Part shown: positions 45,857-55,284 of the stretch, piece by piece
How positions within the stretch are numbered: position 1 is the stretch's first letter
Layout of the letters: every line of letters starts with the position of its first letter
Assembly (NCBI GenBank): GCA_034189125.1
Contig: JAXHVB010000094.1
Coordinates: 5,590 to 69,589 of the forward strand
From: Pseudomonadota bacterium
GTDB taxonomy: Bacteria > Pseudomonadota > Gammaproteobacteria > Pseudomonadales > UBA5862
DNA: 64,000 bases
Direction of reading: 5' to 3'
Translations under genes and position numbers: made by a program
Notes under the pieces: generated by a model
The model's database searches: none
What the model was told of the DNA's origin: nothing
What the model saw: the letters and a program-made list of their open reading frames with translations, nothing else

Positions 45857-48325
45857 ATGCCTGAAGCCACATCGACACCCATCGCCGCACAACCCTCAGA
45901 CATCCAGCTGGACTGGGAGGGGCAATTTGCTGCGCCCTCCATGGAGGAAGCACACCAGCTTTCCCAATGGCCTGTAAGGCGCCGATCCATCCAACGCATC
46001 AGCAGACTGCTCCTCGTTTTCTTTGCGATCGCAAGCGTCAATGAGTGGCTGAGCGTGGACGAGCCAGGCACGCTCCTGGTGCTGTCCATTGCGCGTGCGC
46101 TGCCACTGGTTCCATTTGTGTTTCTGGCGCTTGCGCTTCGAAAGAACCACAGTGGGGCCGTTGACTCACCATTGCTGGCCTTTTTGCTGACCATCAATGC
46201 CAGCTACCTCTGCGTCACCCTCGCCAAGGGCGGGGAATTCACCTTTCAGACACTGAACGTCGCGGTGCTGGTCATCGCGTACTACCTGTTCATCCCCCTG
46301 CGACTGCGACATGCCTGCATGGCTTCGCTCTCCCTGACCCTCGGATACCTGCTGCTGTCGCTGGCCAGCGGCATCGCCAGTCCCCAACAGCTGGTGCTCA
46401 CCAGCCTCATTCTGTCGGCGTTGAACGTCGGCGCTGCACGGGCCCTGCGCAGGCGGCACGTGCTCCATCGCCAGGCCTACGCGGAAGCACGTGACCGTGC
46501 GGCCGCCAACGAACAGCTCAAGGCACAGCTGGAGCGCCACCGCGCCTCCGAGCACATGTTCAGGGCGCTGACAGAAAACACCAGCAATATGACCACCATC
46601 TTGAATGGCAATGGCCAAGTCACCTACTCCAGCCCCTCCGTGCTGCGCCACCTCGGGGTCACGGATGAGTCCAAAGAGCGCAAAAACAATCCAACCCTGG
46701 TGGTCCACCCAGACGACCGCGACAAGGTCCGACGGTGGGTCAACGAAGCCATCAATCAGCAGGGATCAACCATACGCATCACCGATGTCAGACTGCGCCA
46801 TGGCAGCCAGGACTGGCGCTACATCGAAGGCTACGTCACCTCGATGCTCAACGTACCCGGCGTCGAGGGCATCGTGATCAACTACCACGATGTCTCCGAA
46901 CTCAAGGACGCCCACGCGCAAATGAGTCGGCTGGCGTTCTACGACAGCCTCACAGGACTCGCCAATCGCCAGCTGTTCAAGGACCGGCTGCAGCGCACCA
47001 TCGAACAATGCAAACGCCGCGGCACCCAGGGCGCGCTGCTGTTTCTTGACCTCGACAATTTCAAAACGGTCAATGACACACTCGGCCACGAAGCCGGTGA
47101 CCGGCTGTTGCGCGAGGTGGCCCGGCGGCTGCTCACCTGTGTGCGCACCGAAGATTCGGTGGCCCGACTCGGCGGCGACGAGTTCACCGTGGTCCTGCAA
47201 GATGTGGACAGCAGCGCCGCGGTCGGGCGCATTGCCCAGCAGCTGATTCGGGTGCTGGGCGAGCCGATTCCGCTGGCGTCTCGCTCGATCAATGTGGGGG
47301 TCAGCATTGGGATCGCAATGATTCCAGGCGATGCCGATGAACTGAGTACCCTGATGCGCTACGCGGACCTGGCCATGTACAGCGCCAAGGCCCACCAGAG
47401 CGCGCATTTTTGTTTCTTCAGCGCAGAACTCAATGTGGAAGCGCAGCGCCGCATGCAGCTCATTGATGAGCTCAAGAATGCCGTGCGGGGCGGCGAGTTC
47501 TATCTGGAGTTTCAGCCCCAAATCGACCTTACAACCTACCGGGTGGTCGGACTCGAAGCGCTGGCGCGCTGGAACCATCCGGAGCGCGGCCTGATTCCCC
47601 CGGTCGAATTCATCGATGGCCTAGAGGAATCCGGACTGATCGTGCCCATGGGCCACTGGGTCATTCACAACGCGATCCGCCAAGGCAAAGCCTTGATTGA
47701 GCAGGGGTACGCGGACCTGACCATGGCCGTTAACTTGTCCGCGCGGCAACTGATCGATCCTGAGCTACTGGCCCAGATCACCCTCGCACTCACCCAACAC
47801 GGTTTCCCGCCTCGCCAGCTCGAGCTCGAAATCACCGAGCACGTACTGATGGAAGACTTCGCTGCCGCAGTCAGTGTACTGCAGCGGCTGAAGACACTCG
47901 GCGTTCGGCTGACCATCGACGACTTCGGCACTGGGTACTCCTCGCTGAACTACCTCAAGCAACTGCCGGTTCAACGGTTGAAGGTCGACAAGAGCTTCAT
48001 CCGCAACATTCCGGACGATAGCAAGGACATGGCCATCACCGCCGCGGTCATCGCCATGGCGCACAAGCTTGACCTGGAAGTGGTTGCCGAAGGCGTGGAA
48101 ACGCTGCGACAGCTCCGTTTTCTTGAAGACAACCGCGCGGATCAGGCGCAGGGATTCCTGTTCAGCAGATCCGTGCCTGTGCCGGAACTTGCACAGCTGC
48201 TGACAAAACGCGGCCGAGCGGACTGGACCCGACCGGTTCAGACGGGAGCCACCAAGGTGTCCCATACGGAAGCCCGCTCAGGCGCGGCTGCTGACAGCAC
48301 CGCACCCCAAGAGTCGCACAACTAG
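45857..48325 (+). CDS. membrane sensor with PAS, GGDEF and EAL domains (c-di-GMP turnover)
   Basis: About 6 TM helices, one PAS domain, GGDEF (RLGGDEFTVVL with RTED I-site), and EAL (EALARW, DDFGTGYSSLNYL, KVDKSFI, EGVET). Start at the ATG at 45857. Confidence 0.88.
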   Translation: MPEATSTPIAAQPSDIQLDWEGQFAAPSMEEAHQLSQWPVRRRSIQRISRLLLVFFAIASVNEWLSVDEPGTLLVLSIARALPLVPFVFLALALRKNHSGAVDSPLLAFLLTINASYLCVTLAKGGEFTFQTLNVAVLVIAYYLFIPLRLRHACMASLSLTLGYLLLSLASGIASPQQLVLTSLILSALNVGAARALRRRHVLHRQAYAEARDRAAANEQLKAQLERHRASEHMFRALTENTSNMTTILNGNGQVTYSSPSVLRHLGVTDESKERKNNPTLVVHPDDRDKVRRWVNEAINQQGSTIRITDVRLRHGSQDWRYIEGYVTSMLNVPGVEGIVINYHDVSELKDAHAQMSRLAFYDSLTGLANRQLFKDRLQRTIEQCKRRGTQGALLFLDLDNFKTVNDTLGHEAGDRLLREVARRLLTCVRTEDSVARLGGDEFTVVLQDVDSSAAVGRIAQQLIRVLGEPIPLASRSINVGVSIGIAMIPGDADELSTLMRYADLAMYSAKAHQSAHFCFFSAELNVEAQRRMQLIDELKNAVRGGEFYLEFQPQIDLTTYRVVGLEALARWNHPERGLIPPVEFIDGLEESGLIVPMGHWVIHNAIRQGKALIEQGYADLTMAVNLSARQLIDPELLAQITLALTQHGFPPRQLELEITEHVLMEDFAAAVSVLQRLKTLGVRLTIDDFGTGYSSLNYLKQLPVQRLKVDKSFIRNIPDDSKDMAITAAVIAMAHKLDLEVVAEGVETLRQLRFLEDNRADQAQGFLFSRSVPVPELAQLLTKRGRADWTRPVQTGATKVSHTEARSGAAADSTAPQESHN

Positions 48326-50139
48326 GCCGTTGAGCGGGAGCGGCGTTTGCGCTCACTCTCACTCAGTACTTTCTTGCGCAGCCGCACGTGCTTTGGGGTC
48401 ACCTCAACCAGCTCATCGTCGTCAATGAACTCGAGCGCCTGCTCCAGGGAGAAGCGCGTTGGCGGGGTCAGCAGGATGTTTTCGTCGGACCCGGCGGCTC
48501 GAATGTTGGTGAGTTGTTTGGCTTTGAGTGGATTGACCACCAGGTCGTTGTCTCGGGAGTGAATGCCAATGAGCATGCCCTCGTAGACTTCTTCCCCCGG
48601 ACCGACCAAAAGGCGCCCGCGGTTCTGCAAATTGAACAGCGCATAGGCCAAGGTTTTTCCCTGTCCGTTGGCAATCAGCACCCCGTTGTGTCGCACCTCA
48701 ATTTCGCCAGGCTCTGCCAGGTCGTAATCGCTGAAATTGTGCGTCAAGATTCCCGTCCCTGATGTCAGTGTCATAAATTCGGAACGGAACCCAATCAGAC
48801 CGCGGGCTGGGATTCGGTACTTGAGTCGAACCCGACCAGCACCGTCTGGAACCATGTCTTGCAGCCGACCGAAGCGCGCTCCAAGCGCCTCCATCACGGC
48901 ACCTTGGGACTGCTCCTCCACATCCACGACCAGCTCTTCGTACGGCTCAAACGTCTGGCCGTTTTCCTCGCGCTTGATCACTGCAGGCCGGGAAACCGCC
49001 AACTCGTAGCCTTCCCTGCGCATGGTTTCGATCAAGACCGAAAGGTGCAGTTCGCCACGGCCAGACACCTTAAAGCGGTCCGGATCCTCGGTCTCTTCCA
49101 CTCGAAGGGCCACGTTGTGCTTGAGCTCTTCCTGCAAACGTTCGAAGATGTTTCTCGAAGTCACGTACTTGCCATCTCGGCCCGAGAACGGCGAAGTGTT
49201 GACCTGGAACGTCATGCTTACAGTCGGCTCTTCAACCTTCAGTGCTGGCAGCGCTTCCACTGCGCCTGGGTCGCAGAGTGTATCGGAGATCCCCAGCTGA
49301 CCAAGCCCGGCAACACAAACGATGTCACCAGCGGTGGCCGTTTCAACGTCGACGCGCTTCAACCCAATGTGCCCCATGATGGTCGTGACCCTGCCGGAGC
49401 GTTGCTTGCCTTGTGCATCAATGATTGCGAGGGCCTGGTTTTTGCGCAACGTGCCTCGTGCGATGCGCCCGATGCCGATCACACCGAGATAGCTCGAGTA
49501 ATCGAGCGTTGTGATCTGGAGCTGCAGCGGCCCGTTTGGGTCCACCGATGGCGGTTCAACCTCCTTCACGATGGCCTCGAACAGTGGTGTCATGTCATCC
49601 GCCATTGCTTCAGGGTCCAAGCCAGCCCGGCCATTGAGCGCCGAGCTGTACACGACGGGGAAGTCGAGTTGCTCGTCGCTTGCACCCAACTGGTCGAACA
49701 ACTCGAACACCTGGTCCACAACCCAGTGGGGACGTGCGCCGGGGCGGTCAACCTTGTTCACCACCACCACCGGCCTCAGCCCGCGGGCGAACGCCTGTTG
49801 GGTGACAAAGCGGGTCTGGGGCATGGGTCCATCCACCGCATCCACCAGCAACAGCACCGAGTCGACCATCGACAGGACCCGCTCCACTTCCCCGCCGAAA
49901 TCTGCGTGACCGGGCGTATCCACGATGTTGATGCGGTATCCGTTCCACAAAATGGCGGTCGTTTTCGCCAGAATGGTGATGCCACGTTCGCGCTCCAGTT
50001 CATTGGAATCGAGCGCACGTTCCAGCTGTTCTTGGCCCCTTTCAAGGGTCCCGGACTGTTGCAGCAGCCGGTCTACGAGGGTGGTTTTCCCATGATCGAC
50101 ATGGGCAATGATCGCAATGTTGCGCAAAGGTTCGAGCAC
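48322..50139 (-). CDS. typA: translational GTPase TypA/BipA
   Basis: (M)[22 protein letters not shown] and [14 protein letters not shown]. At 605 aa it matches the approx 607 aa of E. coli BipA. GTG start lies 5 nt after GAGG. The track ORF to 50358 is an extension. Confidence 0.95.
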   Translation of the reverse strand: MLEPLRNIAIIAHVDHGKTTLVDRLLQQSGTLERGQEQLERALDSNELERERGITILAKTTAILWNGYRINIVDTPGHADFGGEVERVLSMVDSVLLLVDAVDGPMPQTRFVTQQAFARGLRPVVVVNKVDRPGARPHWVVDQVFELFDQLGASDEQLDFPVVYSSALNGRAGLDPEAMADDMTPLFEAIVKEVEPPSVDPNGPLQLQITTLDYSSYLGVIGIGRIARGTLRKNQALAIIDAQGKQRSGRVTTIMGHIGLKRVDVETATAGDIVCVAGLGQLGISDTLCDPGAVEALPALKVEEPTVSMTFQVNTSPFSGRDGKYVTSRNIFERLQEELKHNVALRVEETEDPDRFKVSGRGELHLSVLIETMRREGYELAVSRPAVIKREENGQTFEPYEELVVDVEEQSQGAVMEALGARFGRLQDMVPDGAGRVRLKYRIPARGLIGFRSEFMTLTSGTGILTHNFSDYDLAEPGEIEVRHNGVLIANGQGKTLAYALFNLQNRGRLLVGPGEEVYEGMLIGIHSRDNDLVVNPLKAKQLTNIRAAGSDENILLTPPTRFSLEQALEFIDDDELVEVTPKHVRLRKKVLSESERKRRSRSTA

Positions 50140-50372
50140 GATGGCCTCACACAGAATCGAGTTCGCAAGAGCGGGGTTCGGCGCACAGCCTGGGGACGGT
50201 GGCTGCGCCAAAGGACGCGCATTATAGCGGTATAACCGGTCAAAAAACGCTGCGGGCCCACCGCCACCCGATTGACGCCCAAACCGCACTCGAGCGTCAA
50301 ATCCCTTGACCCACTGAGCCCCCTGTGCCACAACTCGCGCCTGATTCAGGCTGGCCACAGGAAACTGTACCC

Positions 50373-51899
50373 ATGTCCAAACTCGTGGATTCCCTCATGC
50401 GCCGTGTAGCGAACCGCTACTACCAGCAGCTGCTGATCGATCAAGACAGCCTGGCGCAAGCGCAGCAAAAGCTCTGGCAAGGGCTGCGGCGCCAGCTCAA
50501 AGACACTGAAATCGGCCGCCTGTTCAGCATCTCCCGCCTTCCGGACTACCAAGACTACACAGCGCGGGTGCCGGCTCTGGATTACGAGTTCTACAGCCCC
50601 CTGGTCGAGCGGCAGCTCCAGGAAGGATCAGGCGTGTTGTTCAATGAGCCGACGACCTTCGTTGGCCTGAGTTCGGGGACCACAGGAGAGCCCAAGAAAA
50701 TCCCTTACAACAGCGCGACAGAGGGTTTGTTCCGGCGGTTTCTGGTCAGCACCGGTGCCACCCTGTTGCATGAGCGGCCTGAGTTTCATGCCAAGAAAAT
50801 GAAACGGTTCGGCTATGGGTCAGCGCCGGTCGTGTACACCGAGCATGGCATCCCCCACGGGTACCTTTCTGGCGCCATTTCCAACCGCTCAGGCCTGAGC
50901 CGTGCCCGGAACATTTTTCCCAGCTCCGAGACACTTGAAATCGCCAACTGGGACGAGAAAATCGACGCCATTCTCGACCAGACCATGGGTGTGCCCATCC
51001 AGATCGCCAGCGGCTTCCCGTCCTACCTGCTCACCATATTTCGGGCTTTATTGGCCAAGACGGGCGCGCAGACGATGCAGGAGGTCTGGCCCGGCTTCGA
51101 CACCATTTTGTACTCAGGTGTACCCATCGCGCCCTACCTCGACCCGCTTCGACAAGTCATTGGCAGACCGGTCGCCACCGTGGCGACCTATGGGTGCACC
51201 GAATCCCCCCTCGGCACTGGGCTGACCTATCATCCCGAAACCGGTCTTCAGGAGTACGCCTTTCTGCCCTACATTCTGATGAGCTTCTCGCCCATTGACG
51301 CGCCGGATGTCGTACTCGGCGTCAGCGACCTTGAGGTTGGCGGACAGTACCTCCTGCGCATCGGCATGCCGAATGGCCTTCTGAACTACAGCAACAAGGA
51401 CGTCATCCAGATCGAATCGGTCAGCCCGGTCATCAGCTACTCGATCTCTGGACGGACCCACAATGTGCTGAGCCTCTCCGGCGAAAAGGTCACCGAGCAC
51501 CAGGCATTGGCGGCCCTCATGGAGATCCAAACACAGACTCGGACCCATTTTCAGCACTATTTCTTGGCGCCAGAGTCCGAAGGCACTGAGCTGTACTATC
51601 GCTGGACTCTGTTTGCCGACCCGCAACAGCGCGCCAACTCGGATGTCCTCGCGACGGCCCTCGACCAAGCGCTCGCTGCGCAGAACGCCGAGTACGGCAT
51701 CATTCGCCACGATGGAGTCACCGGCAGGCCCCGGGTCACAGTCCTCGACCGCGCATTGCTTGACCCCTACTTCCACAACAACCGGGAGAAGGGGCAGTTC
51801 AAGATGCGCACCATTTTCAGTTCAGCTGCCGACTTCGAAACTTTCTGGCAGCGAGAATTCAAGGCGCCTGCCGTGGCGACCGACGCAGCCAGCGCATAA
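50373..51899 (+). CDS. GH3 family (acyl-acid amido synthetase-like) adenylating enzyme
   Basis: 508 aa. Phosphate-binding loop GLSSGTTGEPKKIPY near residue 100. Overall length and layout fit bacterial proteins annotated as the GH3 auxin-responsive promoter family. The call rests on recalled family features, not a search. Confidence 0.65.
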   Translation: MSKLVDSLMRRVANRYYQQLLIDQDSLAQAQQKLWQGLRRQLKDTEIGRLFSISRLPDYQDYTARVPALDYEFYSPLVERQLQEGSGVLFNEPTTFVGLSSGTTGEPKKIPYNSATEGLFRRFLVSTGATLLHERPEFHAKKMKRFGYGSAPVVYTEHGIPHGYLSGAISNRSGLSRARNIFPSSETLEIANWDEKIDAILDQTMGVPIQIASGFPSYLLTIFRALLAKTGAQTMQEVWPGFDTILYSGVPIAPYLDPLRQVIGRPVATVATYGCTESPLGTGLTYHPETGLQEYAFLPYILMSFSPIDAPDVVLGVSDLEVGGQYLLRIGMPNGLLNYSNKDVIQIESVSPVISYSISGRTHNVLSLSGEKVTEHQALAALMEIQTQTRTHFQHYFLAPESEGTELYYRWTLFADPQQRANSDVLATALDQALAAQNAEYGIIRHDGVTGRPRVTVLDRALLDPYFHNNREKGQFKMRTIFSSAADFETFWQREFKAPAVATDAASA

Positions 51900-52045
51900 G
51901 GCCCTGGGGCAAGGTTGAGTCATCCGACGCGCCATAGCGGTTGCTATGCCGAGGCAGCCGAAGCGAGAATACCGCGCGCGGCCAAGCCGCCGCACAGCTG
52001 GACGCCCACAGCACACGCCAACAAGAACTAGAGGAAGCGGCCACG

Positions 52046-52879
52046 ATGACTCAGACCATTTTCAAGGATCAACTGTTTAAGGACCAGGTGGCCGTCGTCA
52101 CGGGGGGTGGATCGGGCATTGGCCTGCGCACTGCATGTGAATTCGCCCTGCTCGGCGCGACAGTGGTGATTGGCAGCCGCGATCCGCAAAAACTGGAACA
52201 AGGCGCAGCGGCCATCGCCGCCACTGGTGGCAAGGTCCATGCCTTGTCGCTGAACATCCGCGATCCCGAGTCGGTCAACACCTTTGTTGATCAAACCCTT
52301 GAGCGCTGTGGCAAAATCGACCACCTGGTCAACAACGCAGGTGGTCAGTTTCCCTCCCCAGCCGAGCAAATCTCACCGAAAGGCTGGAAGGCCGTGGTGG
52401 ACACCAACCTCAATGGCACCTTTTTCATGTCGCAGGCGGTGTACAACAAGGCCTTCTCGGACCACGGTGGCGCCATCGTTAACGTCATCGCCAACATGTG
52501 GAACGGCTTTCCCAACATGGCCCACACCGGAGCCGCTCGGGCGGGGGTGGACAACCTCACCAAGACCCTCGCGGTGGAATGGGGCCGCAGCGGCGTGCGC
52601 GTGAATGCCGTCGCCCCCGGCGCCATCTACTCCAGCGGCATCAAAACCTACGACCCCGAGTTTCAAAAGTTCTTCCTGCAGGCCGGTGCCCACAACCAGA
52701 CGTACAGGCTCGGGAGTGAAGCGGAGGTGGCCGCTTCCATTCTGTTCCTGTGTTCACCCGCCGCGAACTTCATCAGCGGCGCCACCCTGCGGGTCGACGG
52801 CGCCGAATCGCTGCCCAACGCGCGCTTCGCCCCTGTGGACCACGGCCGGCTGCCGGCTTGGGACGACGAAGACCTCTGA
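52046..52879 (+). CDS. SDR family oxidoreductase, PECR/2,4-dienoyl-CoA reductase-like
   Basis: VAVVTGGGSGIG, NNAGG and HTGAARAGVDNLTKTLAVEW..RVNAVAPGAIYS, which resembles the human PECR active-site stretch as I recall it. GAGGAAG lies 8 nt upstream of the ATG. Confidence 0.85.
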   Translation: MTQTIFKDQLFKDQVAVVTGGGSGIGLRTACEFALLGATVVIGSRDPQKLEQGAAAIAATGGKVHALSLNIRDPESVNTFVDQTLERCGKIDHLVNNAGGQFPSPAEQISPKGWKAVVDTNLNGTFFMSQAVYNKAFSDHGGAIVNVIANMWNGFPNMAHTGAARAGVDNLTKTLAVEWGRSGVRVNAVAPGAIYSSGIKTYDPEFQKFFLQAGAHNQTYRLGSEAEVAASILFLCSPAANFISGATLRVDGAESLPNARFAPVDHGRLPAWDDEDL

Positions 52880-52903
52880 GTACCCGCAGCACCGATCGGC
52901 GGG

Positions 52904-54703
52904 TCAGTACAGCCCGCCGACCACCAGCACCACCACCAGGATGTACCCCAGGCTGACCGGGGTACCAAAACGCAGGAAGTCTGCGGCGCGATAACCGCCC
53001 GGCCCAGAGATCAACGCGTTCACCTGGTGGGTCGGGATAAGAAACGCATTCGACGCGCCCAGGGCCACAATCAAGGCCACTGGTCGCGGATCCAGGCCCA
53101 GGTCAAGCGCCAACTGACAAAACAGCGGCACCAGCAACACGGTCGCACCTACATTGGACATCACCAGCGCCAGCAGGCTGGCTGTCACAGCCGCCAGTGC
53201 GGCCACCGACCAAAAAGCGGGCGCAGCGCCGAACACAGGCAAGGCGGCATTGACCAACCAGGCGGCCATGCCGCTGTGCTGCAGGGCCTGCCCCAGAGGA
53301 ATCAGACCGGCGAGCAGCAGCACCGTGCGCCAACTGACGGCGGCGTAGGCGGACTGGGTGGGCAGCACGCCCGCGAGAAGCATGCCCACAGCCCCCACCA
53401 GCAGCGACAGCGCGAAGGGCAGTGGACTGAAAAACAACAACAACAGCGTGCCAAGGGCGATGCAGCCCGCCACCGCGGTCCGTTCAGTGTTGGTGCGAAG
53501 GTGCGGAAAGTCCCGGGTAATGACCACCAGATCCGGGTTCGACTCCAGCCGGGTCAGCTCCTCCCAACCCACGTGGCACACCAGCACATCCCCCGCCTGC
53601 AGCGGGGTATCACGCAGGCGACTGCGCCGTGCCTGCCCCTCCCGGTAGATCACCAAGGTGCTGAACCCATAGGTCTTGCGCATGCGCACTTCACGCAGGG
53701 TCTTGCCGACCAGCGCGGAATGGGGTGGCACCATCAGTTCAGCGATCCCGGAGCGGTCCGTGGCCAGGGCGCTGCGCAGCCCCCTTGAACCCAGTGTCGG
53801 CTGCACCCCAGCGTGTTCGCACAGCTGGTGCACAGCGTCCGGCGAGCCGATGATGGCCAGTTCCCGCGCTCCGGCCAGGGCGATGTCGCGGTGAGGGGCG
53901 AGCAGCAGCTCTTCGCCGGTCAGTGCCACGATGGAGACCCCAAAGCGTTCCTCCACCTCACCCACCCTGAGGTCCGACAGGGCGCCATCCGGTCCCAGGG
54001 TGAGACAATCAATGTCCGCGCCAAAGCCATACACCCCCTGTAACCGGCTTGCGGGGGTGCCGACTGTCGGGGCGTTGGCCTGAGGCAACTTGCCCCCCCA
54101 GCGCCAAAACAGCGCCAGCCCCATCAGCAACAAAAGCAAGCCAACTGGCGCGGGAGCGAGCAGGGAAAACCGTGCGACCCCTTCGGGAAGCAGGTCGTTC
54201 AGCACCAACAAAGGGCCCGAACCAAGCAGGGTGATGTTCCCGCCCAGAATGACGCAAAAACCGACCGGCATCAGCAAACGCGAAGGCGCCATACCCTGGC
54301 GCAGGCTCAGTTGATGCACCACCGGCATCAGGGTCGCCATGACCGCTAGGTTCTGCATGACCGCCGACAGCAAGCCGGCAGTCCCTGCGCTGGCAAGGCG
54401 GGCTCGGCGCTGAGAGTCACCCGCCACCCGATCGAGCCAATCGGTCAGGCGCGCACTGAGGCCGACCTCGTCCAGGCTTCTTGAAACGACCATCACCGCA
54501 ATCACCGCGACCACAGCGGGGCTCGAAAACCCGGCGAACAGCTGTGCGCTGGGCAACAGGGGCTCGACCCCAGGCACCATCGGTGCCACGCCAATCAGAA
54601 CCAGGCACAGGAGCGCGGTCACTTCCACCGGGACCCGCCCGTGCACAAACAGGCCCACGACAAGGGCGGTGACACCGCCCAGGTACAAAAACTCCGCGGT
54701 CAC
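52904..54703 (-). CDS. SLC13/DASS-family permease with two central TrkA-C (RCK_C) domains
   Basis: 599 aa. TM blocks flank two soluble repeats (LSDLRVGEVEERFGVSIVAL... and LVGKTLREVRMRKTYGFSTLVIYREGQ...GDVLVCHVGWEEL). Confidence 0.85.
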   Translation of the reverse strand: MTAEFLYLGGVTALVVGLFVHGRVPVEVTALLCLVLIGVAPMVPGVEPLLPSAQLFAGFSSPAVVAVIAVMVVSRSLDEVGLSARLTDWLDRVAGDSQRRARLASAGTAGLLSAVMQNLAVMATLMPVVHQLSLRQGMAPSRLLMPVGFCVILGGNITLLGSGPLLVLNDLLPEGVARFSLLAPAPVGLLLLLMGLALFWRWGGKLPQANAPTVGTPASRLQGVYGFGADIDCLTLGPDGALSDLRVGEVEERFGVSIVALTGEELLLAPHRDIALAGARELAIIGSPDAVHQLCEHAGVQPTLGSRGLRSALATDRSGIAELMVPPHSALVGKTLREVRMRKTYGFSTLVIYREGQARRSRLRDTPLQAGDVLVCHVGWEELTRLESNPDLVVITRDFPHLRTNTERTAVAGCIALGTLLLLFFSPLPFALSLLVGAVGMLLAGVLPTQSAYAAVSWRTVLLLAGLIPLGQALQHSGMAAWLVNAALPVFGAAPAFWSVAALAAVTASLLALVMSNVGATVLLVPLFCQLALDLGLDPRPVALIVALGASNAFLIPTHQVNALISGPGGYRAADFLRFGTPVSLGYILVVVLVVGGLY

Positions 54704-54746
54704 TCCCGGCTACCCGACAGCGCCGGCATGTCGTTACGAATCGGTG

Positions 54747-55178
54747 TCAGCTCGACTGGCTGAGGCGTTGGATCAGCGGTGCCTGAGGCCGGAGGTCATA
54801 GCCTTGCTCGAACGCCGCCTGCAGCAGTTCATCCAACGGGACACCAGCGCGCGCCTGCACGATGGTGCGAAGAATGGTGGAGCGTGTGCCTGTGCGGCAA
54901 AACGCCAGGATGGGCGCGTCGCCCCGCATGGCATCGGCCATCTCGGCGAGCTGCGCGTCGGTCAGGTCCGGAAACGCCACAGGGACTTCAACGTAATTCA
55001 GCCCCCGGGCTGCGGCCTCGCGGGCCAAGTCTGCACTGCGGGGCTGGCCCGCCACTTCGCCATCCGGGCGGTTGTTGATGACCGTCTTGAAGCCCATCGC
55101 GGCGATCTGCTCCAGGTCCTCGGGCCCAATCTGGGCGTGCACCGCAAAGTCCGGCGCAAGGTAGATGGGGTGCACCAT
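54747..55178 (-). CDS. TIGR01244/DUF442 family protein (phosphatase-fold sulfur-transferase-like)
   Basis: FAVHAQIGPEDLEQIAAMGFKTVINNRPDGE...PILAFCRTGTRS (Cys-X5-R-like loop). Start at MVHPIYL. It lies 43 nt upstream of the SLC13 gene on the same strand. Confidence 0.75.
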   Translation of the reverse strand: MVHPIYLAPDFAVHAQIGPEDLEQIAAMGFKTVINNRPDGEVAGQPRSADLAREAAARGLNYVEVPVAFPDLTDAQLAEMADAMRGDAPILAFCRTGTRSTILRTIVQARAGVPLDELLQAAFEQGYDLRPQAPLIQRLSQSS

Positions 55179-55284
55179 GGCATGCCTCCAGCACAAGTAT
55201 TGCCGGCATCATACTGGCATCGCCAGTCGCGGCGTCAACACCCGAACCTTGCCGGAGCCGGCAGCGAGGTTTACTTTGCAGGCC

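Noticed and set aside
48859-50235. 458-aa + strand ORF inside typA. The same applies to 33181-34224 (-) over mdh, 5546-6709 (+) over mutY and 19276-20763 (+) over aroB.
   Set aside because: All are antisense shadows of strongly recognisable genes. The typA and mdh shadows are in exact triplet register with the sense gene. None has a motif, an SD or a plausible composition.
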